NCBI GenBank assembly: GCA_965637545.1
Contig: OZ281495.1
Span: forward strand, 8,184,001 to 8,248,000
Direction: 5' to 3'
DNA from: Phallusia mammillata
Taxonomy: Eukaryota
Length of the DNA stretch: 64,000 nt
Positions 36,049 to 47,500 of this stretch are shown in pieces (position 1 is the first letter of the stretch; each line of letters starts with the position of its first letter). The notes below the pieces were generated by a model. It was given only the letters and a program-made list of their open reading frames with translations. It did no database searches and had not been told where the DNA came from. The position numbers and the translations under genes are program-made.

Positions 36049-38588
36049 TTACCATGCAGCCCAACCTAGGATGGCATATTTTAAGTTTTTAAGCCACGAT
36101 TGTTTTGTTTCGTAACATACATTTGGATTTGACAATACAAACTCATCATACAGCGAATTTATGGACTTCGACTCAGTGTTCTGTAAAAACTTTTCACACA
36201 TCGAAATCGGCCTTGTTTGCGGCTCAATGTTAGGGTACTTTTTCCGAATCATACAAATCATATTTTCGTCGGTCATGTTCTCGTCTTCCCTCCAGCGGAA
36301 ATATTCACGATATGCTAAATCATGCTTGTCAAGGTACTGAAGGTATTCAACCAGCTTGGCGGGGCTTTCGAAGTCCTCTACGTGAATAAATGAGTCAATA
36401 GGTGCAACACGGAGTACGTCGATTTTGGTTGGACCCCAAATAACTGGGACAGCGCCGTTCAACAATGCAGTTTCCCAAAACTTTTCAGTTATGTAGTCCT
36501 TACAGTGCCAGGCGTTTTCAAAAGTCATGTAAAACTTGTGTTCGCTGACTGTTTGGGCAATAGCGTTTCCGTCTCCCCTCGGCAGTAGGTGCTGGTTTCC
36601 AAAGCACTTCCCAATACGCGTGAAGTTAAGACCAGCTTCTATTAGCTTTTGTGAGTATTTGAAACGCATCCTAGCGCCTTTTGACTTGTCGCAGTTGCTC
36701 ACAAACCAGATCTGGTAAAATAGGTTTATGTCACTCAACTTTCAAAGGGATGATTTAGTTTCAATTTTGTTTTGCACCCGTTAAATGAAAAAAACATAAC
36801 ATGAAATGCACAAATAAATAAACTATCCTTTTGAAATTTTGCATTAAATGCGAATAACGTTTATTAGAACATAAAAAACCTACCATACGTCCTTTTTTTC
36901 GAGAAAGTGTCCTCAGTTTTGATAAAAATTATTTGTCATCTGAGGACATTGACGAAGGCCTAAATTTGCGTTCTTACTTTTCATAACTTAATTATGTAAA
37001 TTTTGTACATTCTTTTTAAAAAACAGGTAAATGCATCATCGGCGCAACCTTATTCAATTAAGATAATTAATCAATGCAATTTTTAGGAAGTTGCCTAAAC
37101 CTCTGTACTGTTGAACTACAGTAATTATAAATATCTGAAAAATATTCATTAAAATACCCACTAGTATTTTTGGTGACAAACATAAGGTAGGTCTGTTTAA
37201 AATACATCTACGTAGGCCTACAGATGATAACGACCATTACTATTATTTAAAATAAAATTTGTTCACATACGTATCCAGGCATAGGGCTTTCAATGGGTTT
37301 ACCGCTGAGCCTGCGCAGCTCGCTGTCGTGGGTTCGAATCCCACTGCAGGCTAGATTTTTCTTGGTGACCGACTGATTCGGTATTACGCCTTTAATAGGC
37401 CAGGCGTAATGTGATTTATATATGAGCGTGCCGTGATCGCTGTCTCCATAGACGCTTTAGGGTTTATCCCAGTTATGAATTTGTGTTACCAGGCAGTTTG
37501 TTCGTTATCAAATATTTTGTCTAGTACAACCCAAAATACCAACACATTACCGCTAACTTGGTTTTTGCTGCCATGATTTCATCAACCGCTTTCTGGCCTC
37601 TTGAAACATGGTTCATCAGGTTGCCACGGTAACCGTAACCGCCATAAACATCAGCATCCAGTCGATATGTGAAAGTCCAATTAAAAAATCCCCTCTCAAT
37701 ATGTGTTAGGTCGATGTTCTCAGCAAGTAACATGGCAGGGTTTTCAGCTGACCACCACACAAAAACTTGGTTAGGATTCCTGCACAAGTTCAAATAACAA
37801 ACTGACCTCGGATGATTAAAATAAAGCAAAGAACGTATTTAAATCCATGTTTACCAAAATAACTGTGACAAAAATTATCGACCAGTATTATTTCTTTCTT
37901 TTTTCGATTTGTTATGGTTGAGTGCACAATGCGAAAATGTTAATAAAGCTAGCCCTGCTACAAATTGCAGGGTTTTGAAGGCTCATTGTTATTGTTTTTA
38001 ATCGTTGTTCACATATTTTGTCCACGTTATACTTTAAGTCCTGATTCCAACTATGTCTTAATTATAGCAACTAATTAATTGTAACTTATTTGTGATGGTA
38101 ACTGTTCATACTTTGATGTATTTTGACCAAGCATATACAGTAAACGTTGAAACACAACACTACAAACTTAGTCCAATGGAATCAGCTAATAGCTAATAAC
38201 ATTTTATAGTTAACTAAAACATAGGTCAATTTGAGAAATGTTGTTCTTACCGGTAATTTTTCCATGGCATCATTTCGTGATTGACAACTGTGTAATGAAA
38301 AAGTACAATGTCCGCTTGCTTCAACTGAGAACGGTCATTGGTCACTACACACTCGCCCCATTTGGTGCCATCAGGACGCGTGTACCCCTTTTGACCCCAT
38401 GGGGATCCCCAGTATAAGATAAGGGGGTGCTCCTTTGAGGACAAACGTATTTTGCTGCTGAGCCGGGTGATAGGCTTGTCTTGTCTTGTAGCTATGTGCG
38501 AGATTAATGTCCTTTGTAAACTGAGATAAATCACAAATAGCAGAACCAACAGAACAATTATGAAACGCTTTTTCAGCTTGAGTGACAT
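36049..38588 (-). CDS. Alpha-1,3/4-fucosyltransferase (GT10), type II membrane protein, 3 coding exons
   Basis: Exons 38588-38251, 37779-37551, 36711-36049. N-terminal signal anchor (KKRFIIVLLVLLFVIYL), FNWTFTYRLDADV, IWFVSNC, alpha-1,3-FucT motif KFYMTFENAWHCKDYITEKFW, SFIHVEDF. Vertebrate orthologue not assignable. Confidence 0.92.
37278..37465 (+). mobile_element. tRNA-derived SINE in a FucT intron
   Basis: Pol III B box GGTTCGAATCC (37331-37341), degenerate A box upstream, non-tRNA body downstream, no full cloverleaf. Confidence 0.6.
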
Positions 38589-39813
38589 CGGCTAGAAAAT
38601 GAATGAATTGTTTTCTTAAAACTTGCGCTTAGAATAACTTCGCTCGACAACAAATAATGTCGTGCCGTTTATTAAGCACGTGAAAAATGTACACAAAACC
38701 CGAAATCATTCATTGGGCTATACATGGTGTGTTTTTGTCATTTTTCATGTCGATATTCAGGGGATGAGAAACACAATGATATACGCCCTTGGACATTTGT
38801 TTTAGGCTCACTATTTTTACCCCAACATTTCGATTATCCGAGCAGTTCTATACAATTTGGTGGCTTTAGGTCTAAAACTGGTACTGCAGCATTGGACGTT
38901 ATCATATGCTCAGGTCCCATTGCACAGTTGAAAGAAAACGTTTTGTATCACAGAGTAGTGCACAATTACCACAAAGAGACGTGTTTTTAGCAATGCAAAT
39001 TCTTCGCTAATTCAGTATAAACGTCATATCACCACATTTGTCAAAACAATCAAACAACGTTATTTAGGTGCTAACAACGGTGTAGCTGCAGCGCGTTCAG
39101 TTATATACCGCGGCCGCGCAGGTATTTCCGCCTTGGTGATTGTGTCTCAACCAAGCTAAATGCAATCAAATTCGGACAATACATCTATACAATTGATACA
39201 ACCCATCACCCAATCATCCTAACTGTTACGAAACTTCCTTATTTTTGTCTATCATAAAACCTTACCTGTATCAATCAAGCAACCGCCTTACATAACTACA
39301 AAAGCGCACCAATTACTGCTTCAGTTCAGTGTATTTTTACTGCTAAATTCTACTGCAAAGCTAAATTTATCCTTATTTAAAATTGACAGCTATACTGTCC
39401 TAAAAAGGGTCATTTTTTTCCATAACTTACCCACTATGATGGCTATACAATCTGCACATCTTCCTGTTATAGTCATCAGCGCAGGCCTGGCACACTACAC
39501 AAAACCAAAGTATATATACTTTGCTCACCGCTATAAAGATTTTTTGATATTCCTGTTGAGTCACAAAGGCTCCGTTGTGATGTTTCCAACAGTACGCTAT
39601 TTGCCTATTTGTTCAGGCAGCGCGTCAAATCGTGTGCACGATGTCTATTGTCATGCTTTTCCTGCCCGAGATGTATACATAGCGTCGTCTACGTTTCTTT
39701 TCAAAGCGTTTTTAAAATTTTTGAAATGGTAAGACGCAGCTGACGTAAGAACTCACATTAGCCAGGTTTGTTGATTTCGGTAGGTGGCGCACGCAAATAT
39801 TTGAAACAAAATA

Positions 39814-40370
39814 CAGTCAAACTTCGATACTATGCCACCTTGCTATTATGCCATTTTTGATCGTCACCAACTAAATTCAATAGAAAATATATTTACTATG
39901 CCACCCCTTACCCTTGATGCTATGACACATGAGAGTACAGTATTACTGTATTAACGGTCTGGTTATGGATTGAAAAATTGGGCCTTCTGACAACTTTCGG
40001 TTTGAGCTCATGATAAAACAGAGAAAACACGAAAAACAAATGGTTGAATAAACAAACGTGGTCATGTTAAGAGGTTTCACGGCTTTGCAGCGAGTTATGT
40101 AAACGCCGTTCTGTGCTTGTGTCACGGCAAAATAGATCTTGTTTGTTCTAGGCACGATCTATCCGTATTATGGAATAAATTCTGCTGTATACTGTAATAA
40201 ATTATACTGTATACTGTAATAAATTATAATCGTACAACACAACGTGGCATTACAGTACATTGTCACGTCACAAGGCTATATTTAAAAACAACCCTCGCTA
40301 TTATGCCACCCTCGTTACTATGTCACTTTCTCTCGGTCCCAAAGGGTGGCATAGTATCGAAGTTTGACTG
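39814..40370. mobile_element. Tc1/mariner (pogo-type) MITE
   Basis: Perfect 26-bp TIR cagtcaaacttcgatactatgccacc; TA on both sides; internal repeats of tatgccacc. Confidence 0.9.
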
Positions 40371-42677
40371 TATGTGTAAAAAAATGCTGACGGTTAGGCC
40401 TATTAAGGTTGGTCTGAGGCTTCATAATAATAATAATAACAATAAAATCAACCTAAAAAACTAGTTCTTTATGTTAAATTTAGTCCCTAGCCCTATTCCA
40501 GTCTCACTGTTAACTTAAATAACCGCATTTTTCACCCCATATAGCCTATCGGTATTCAAACCTTTTCTACTGTGAAAACGTTAGTAGGTAGCTCTAACTT
40601 TTTCATTTACGTAAGAAAACCTACTATAGACGGCCTTTAAGGGCCCCTTCAAATTTATTTGATGCAACATTAGGTCGGAGCATGCGCTAACGAAATCCAA
40701 AGATGCCATTATCGTCGAGATAATTTAAACCTAGTCGGTTTTCAGTCCTTTGCCACTGTCACATGGTGGCAATAAAGAGTTTATTTCAGGTTCCTCAACG
40801 GTTTTCAAACACACAGCACAAAACTTAAATTAAGGTGGATTTTCAAGACAGATCAATAGAACTGTAGAAATATATCAAAATTGTATGTAGGCTACATACG
40901 ACAGAAAACAGTGCAGAAAAAAGTATGTGTTGTTGAAATTATGTACATGCACAACTTTTGTCGACGAACGAGGTGCTTTCACTTGTAACATCTTGTGAAA
41001 GATTTCGTGGCATATATTTTCTTAAGCTAAAAAGAAAACTACAACACTTCTTATACATACAACAGTTGTTCGAAAGAAATCAGGAAATGTACTCATTTTA
41101 ATCATACATACGTAACATGATATGTGTCATTGACCTTGAGTACGGATCAACATGCTGGTTTGTGGATCCAAGATTACATAACAAATGTTTATGTTAAAAT
41201 CAAACCGTACATAGAGTCTGTAGTGCAAAGTGCATACTTCGGTGTCTGTGAACCAGGATGAACGAACCACACCCACACAACGCCCTCATAACTGGTGATG
41301 CTTCTGAGGTTACTTCGTGTCATGTCCTTGGAAGCGAAGGGCGCGCGGCGATGCTAAGACAAAATCACGCTGCGGAGCGTTGGATTTAGAAAAGAAGCGT
41401 TGGTATGGGTTAAGACCTGTAAAGTTTATTGTGTAACTTGTAATGTAGACAATGTGGTTTATGTACAAGTTTACAACCCGTCTTATGCGATTAATATTCT
41501 CCCTTAGGGGGTTTGGATTAGTCTTGAAGTTTTGCATACCCTCGGGATCCGAGTGCACGGTTCATTGCCTTTGTGGTATCTGAGACACTAGTCCAGCACA
41601 TCTATTTAAACTCGGTCTGCTTCATTGCAAAACAAAAAGTTTGGTCAAGGGTGCGGGAACTTTCTTGGTGGAAGTCGGCCTTTGACAACGGAATTTTAAT
41701 TTGAATAGCAGCCCAAACTAATCTTACTTATGTTTGCATCAAAATGTATTTTTATACCTGCAGATTTGAGAAGTTCAAAATTTGTTTTGGTTACTCAAGA
41801 GGGTGTATTGTTAATTATATTGAAACTATTGGAACCATTGTGCATTAATTTTGTCACATTTACACAAAACGTTTTTGCACAATGCTGAAACGATAGCTAG
41901 TTTATCCATCAATACGCGGCGTAACTAGTTACTAGAATAGACTGTTGAACATATTGCGCAAAGAACGGTAAAACCTTGGGGTTTAAAGGGTCCTCAACGG
42001 TTAAGATAGAGTAGTTTAACAAAGATCTGGGGTGTACTTCAACTTGTAGTCCCATTATCATTTGTTTCTGTGTATCTAGCGCTTCTTAATTGAAAGTAAA
42101 AACAGTAAATATCATTTAGAAGTGTATATTGTAAAACAATCGTATCCATGCCTGTACAGTGTACACTCATTTTTAATCTCAGAAAAAAAACGTTATTTTT
42201 CTGATTTTGCCAAAAATTTTTACTTTGTTTTGAAACTTAATTTGCTGTCAAAAATTAGTTAATGCAGGCTACATTCTAATCAGAATCTCAACTCCAAAAT
42301 TTAGGGACAGTGGTGTAAAAAATCATTTTGTTTTAGGTTTATTCGAAACAAAGCGAAGAAGCGTGAAAAATGCGGATGAACCGCTACGCTTTGTAAAATA
42401 CATCTGTACATGAAATTCATCACTAATATCTTAATATCGAACCAAAATGTCAATGCGAAAAGAAACTGGGTAAAAAATCACAAGAAATTGAAACATTTAA
42501 AGACCAACATATTATAACCAGTTTTACATCCGAGTTTCACCAGATATTAAGAAAAAAAGGAAGTGCTAAAAAACATTTTAAACCATCAGTATTTTTTTCA
42601 GTGATTGCAAAATGACGTCTAAGTTGTGGCATTTTTGTGTCATTGTTTAGTTATTTTGCTTCCTTGTTTGTTTTTAC

Positions 42678-42900
42678 CTGGAGAAAGCGATAATTCAAAT
42701 ATTTGAGGAAAGTTGTTTGACGGGCTTATCGCGCTCAAACTGAGTCGCGAAAATTTCCCGAAAATGCGTCACAACGAAAAGCAAACAACGACGTCGTCGA
42801 AACGCATGGGTTGGAAATTTTTCCACAGACGGGCACGTGATTTTACAGCTGACCAATCGCGAGGCGGCGTACTGTGGGTGTGTACATAGCGGCTCGGCTA
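42678..42900 (-). promoter_or_regulatory. CpG-rich promoter-like segment with a candidate non-coding first exon
   Basis: CCAAT (42853), CACGTG (42834), palindrome acgacgtcgt (~42788); minus-strand donor ctccag|gtaaaa at 42678. Confidence 0.4.
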
Positions 42901-44572
42901 CAAGTGAATTGCGCGACCCGTGTATTTCGTAGAATGAATGACTATTTGTTTGAGCTACCGCCGTTGAACGTCTGTGGCAGATACACCAGTGCTTGGTAAA
43001 ACTAATTTGTGTTTTTTTACGTTTTTACGCGTCATTTTAGATAGGGCTATAAGCGCGAATCACTATGTAAAACACTTTTGACGCCCTTACAACACTTGTT
43101 AGCACGTGAGCACATTCTTCAAAGGTGAAGCAAGTGTATAAGTTGTAAATGCCAAAACCGCAAGTGACTATGTGTAGATATACACATGTGGTTTAAAGTG
43201 CATTCAAATATGCCTTACATACGATTTTTCACATAACATAAGTATACGACTACGTTAGTACCCGCTTCAGTTAAGGCCCTACAGTTTTACCACAAAGCGG
43301 ACAGATACCAACACATGGTTTGTTCTGCTTGCTCTCAGTCTAAAAGTTGAGAAATGTGTAAGATACACAAAATACAACATTAAGATTGAAAACCTACGCA
43401 ACGCTTTTTCACAAAAAGGTTTTGACTGAAAATGTACCAACACTAAATGACGTCATTCATACCAAACAAGAAAGTGACGTCATAATGGATTTTTCTTACT
43501 TTTTCAAGATAGGAAAACCCAGTTGATTTTGTTTTACATTGTGTGTTAGTACACTTCCAGTAAAAACGCGTTTGCTGTAAAAAATAAAATACTTCACCGC
43601 TAATGAAAATAAACCAAATGGTCACAGTTCACTTTATCAAGTAACAAACTGTTAAGATTTAGTTAATTGGAACTTCTGGTGCAAAGGTTACACAAAAATG
43701 GGCAAGTTGAAAAGGAAACTCGGGAGTTTTGTGTATCAATTGAGATGCAAGTACGATGTGCACAGATACAAATATTGTGTATCGTATTAAAACTGTGATC
43801 GTAAAGATTTTAGGTAACGCCATGCATAAATGTTTTTGAAGCCGTTGCAATAAACCATAAAAAGCAAAAATGTGTAATAATTTGAATGTGGTTTGGTGTG
43901 CGCGAAGTTTGAACCCAAAAAGGTTGTACAAGTTTTGACGTGCAATCAAACATAGTTGAGAAAAAACATTACAAAACAAAAACAGCTCATTTTTAACCCT
44001 GCATTTTTGACCAACTTTGCTATTTCCTGCTTCATGAAAGTTAAGGGTCGAGTAAGAATAAAATAGCATCATAACCCCAACCAGCCACCACAAGTAAAAG
44101 TAAATTAGGTACAAAACAAAGCAAAATAGAGTTTTTAAATATTGTGTATGGTGTAAGGCTCTACATGTTAAGGCAGTTTTAACCAATCACAAGGTTTATA
44201 TATATCACGTGATGTCATTTAAGTTCAAATTTCCTAAGGCTATGTTAATTTGGTACCACGAAATTTTAGTAGATAGGGTAAACCTCGCCATGTTACTTTT
44301 TCTGTCACGTGCTTTCATAAAAGCCTGCGATTGGTTAAATCTACACCATTGGCAAAACCGGCCACAAAATGATTCGACTTTTGTGTTTGCAAAACAATAC
44401 ATTAGCTTAAATGAACAAATAGCCAAAACCATTATTTTTAGTGTAAGTACCACCGGGGAAGAATACCATGACAGCGACAAAAGCTCGCGGGCATTTCACA
44501 AATGACCACAAGGTTTCATTAAAGAGATATTGGTAAGAAGATCAAAAAACTTATACAGTGGAACAGTTGACT

Positions 44573-47500
44573 TTAAATCGTATTTTTAGCGGCATCGACG
44601 CCTTCGACATCTTCAACCACCGTGTGTGACCATTCATGAGAAACTCGTCCATACTGCAAAACGAAAGAATAACAGTTTTTTTGGTTTTTTTAAGCAACTT
44701 TGACTAATTCAGCGAAGGTTTATTGAGTTTAAACTGTAAAATAGGATAAGTAAGCCGCAGACAGTGCACACTGTTTCGACCTATGTGTAAGGTCTTATCA
44801 GTGCAGCTAGTGGAAAGACATTGGCCCGGCTAGGATGGAGTTAAACTTAGTTTATTCTGACTTAAAACGCTATTTGATGAGCTTGCCATCTTGATGAGTC
44901 CTCATTATGGTTGATTCTGGAAAGCTTGTACAAAGACGCTATATTGATGATTACAGAAAGATCAAATAGGTAATAATTCACAAAGTTAATGTCATTTATA
45001 TTGATCATCTAAGCACATTAGGAACAAAAACGTATAGAGAATTTATTTGTAAACACTTAAAATATATTATAGCCAGTATAGATAGTAATAATTGTAAGTG
45101 TAACCTATGTCCCATTTCCACAGTGTGCGAATGTGCAGAAGGCTTACGAGACTTCATGACAACATGATCTGTGGGTTCAATGCTTTAAAAAAAGTAAACT
45201 GCAAACAGTGCATGCTGTTTTTTAAAAGTAGATAATTCTTTTGCACGTTCGCACGTACATTTTGTCGCAATTTAGAAGGCCTTTGGGTAAACTTTAATTT
45301 CACAACTTTTAACCTTCCCAAAAGTGACAATATAAAAGTTACATTAACATGCTCTGTACCTGAATGTCTGTTAGCTCTTGGTAGAACCTGGATGCGACAT
45401 CAGGTCCATTTTCCATCGTGGGAATGCTCAGCTCTTGTTCCATATACAGAATTCGGCTGATCGGACAAACTACACAAGCTGTTCCAGCACCAAACATCTC
45501 CAGCAACTGTTTAAGATAAAAAAATGATTTGGTTTTGCTATTTTAGTTAACCATACAGCTAAGAAGATGGCACCAAAAATAAGATTTCTTGCAGTTTTGA
45601 ACTTTTAAATTTGTTTAGGGCTCAAACATATTTGTCAAACAAATTGACCGTAAAAAAAAATTAGTAAACTTACAGCTACGAAAACGGTGGTAACAACTAA
45701 ATATTGACAAGGAAAAATTCAACGCTAGTTCTACATCACTTTTGAGGCTTACCCTGTTTTCGTTGAGCGCCTTGATGACGTCATTCATGGTGATGATCTT
45801 TTCGACCACTTTAAACTCCCCCCAGCTTCGTCCAAGCTCCATGAGTGATGACCGGGTTACACCAGGAAGCACGATGCCTTCGTCCAAAGGCATTGTGGCC
45901 AGTTCCTTCTCTGCAAGTAAAACATGGAGATGCTGAAACCGATTGCTCTCGAATAGCCAGTACGGATAGACTGTAAGCAGAGTTGTGGAGTAGAGGGACA
46001 CTTTTTAAGGTGGATTTGATGGAATAGCACTTTTTGTAATATTGTAAAGTCGGAGTAGTGAAAGCTTTGTTTATTGAGTCAGATTACGTAAATTCAGTGG
46101 TTCGGTGTATGTAACTTTTTTAGGTGACTTCACAACCCTGGCTGTAATTTCATTTAACCAAATCTAGGTCAGAAATAATTTTGTCAAAATAGTTAAAACT
46201 TGCAACACAAGTCAGTGAACGTTTTTGCATTGAAACTGAAACGTGTTGTAACTCGGACCAGTCTTTTCGGGCCGAGCTAGGACTTGAGGTTTAATACAAC
46301 AGGTTTGGGCATGACTTTACGCGCAGCATTCTTTTTTGCCGCATGTTCAATAACATTCGGGTCTGATTTGGACTCTGTTTTTTGTTTTCTTTTTCAATCC
46401 GGTTCGGGTCCCAATTGTAGGCCCGTTTACAACTCTTGTCAAAGTACGAACCTCCTTGTTCGTTGATCCAATAAATGAAGACGTTCATTGTTCCGACTTC
46501 AGTTACTTTGTGATCTTCGCCAGCAAGCCAGAGGACCTGTTGGCATCCCCGTTTCAAAGCCTCCTCTTGTATTCCAATCGTGGGTCCGTAGTTGCTGAAG
46601 GAAAGTAAACGAACATGTTGAATACAAGGAAACATGGGCGGTTTGAAACTGTGTGTTAAACAATTCCAAAAAAAGTCCCACAACGACAAGTGTATAGGAA
46701 ATGTTTTGGGATGTTGTAATGAAACGCAAACAATGCCCACTGTGTGTTCAATGGTTCTTTTCTCCTTTATAGATGGTATTTAAAAAAAAAATGAATTTGA
46801 ATTTGTGTGCCTAAAATGGGGATTTCCATTGAAAGTTGGCGCTCGAATTATTTTTTTATTTCTAAAATATCCATTTTTTCTGTAAATATTGCGACAAAAT
46901 CATCAAAGATTTTTTTTTAAAGTCAGACAAGATTTTACCAAGGCATAAGTTTAAACTTATATTTTCTTCTCTCAGTAAAGTAAAGCCCTACCTTCCTAAC
47001 TTGTAAGCACCAACTCCACCCTTGGCTGCTCGGACAAATCTGGGATCAGCCATCAGTGAAACGGGATTGAATGTTCCTGTTGTAAAGTAAGGACCAACCG
47101 GGCATGTGATGCAATAGAGAAGGGCTGAGTTAGATATGTTTACTCCCAGGGAAGGCTACAAAAAACAAGTTTCAACGTGAATTTTAAACTTTACCTTGAA
47201 GCAAAATTGTAACTAAGGCAGAGACAGAGTTTTAAGCCGGGTCGGGTTCGGGTTTCTTCAAAAAACAGGTTTGATTCGGGCCTGACTTTACACTCTCTGT
47301 CAGTTTTGTTGTTGATAAATTTAACTAGCTAAGTAGCAAGTTGCTGGATCTTGCCTAATGTCACACATCCCTTAAACGCCTTGTTGAAGAACAGTTGTTC
47401 TTTATTGTGTTTGTTGTTTGGTCGCTTCAATGTATACAAAAACGATTAGGGTTCGGCCGGGTTTCAGGCTTGTACTTTTCGGGCCTGTTAACAATTTGGG

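Noticed and set aside
37278-37360. tRNA gene
   Set aside because: B box present but no complete cloverleaf or acceptor stem; better explained as a SINE head.
43659-44186. 175-aa minus-strand ORF
   Set aside because: AT-rich, F/L/C-biased, non-ATG start, no recognisable domain or exon context.
45100-45190. Alternative last exon of BCAT
   Set aside because: The acceptor is followed immediately by an in-frame stop, and the 44653-44573 exon supplies the conserved YGR...HEW ending.
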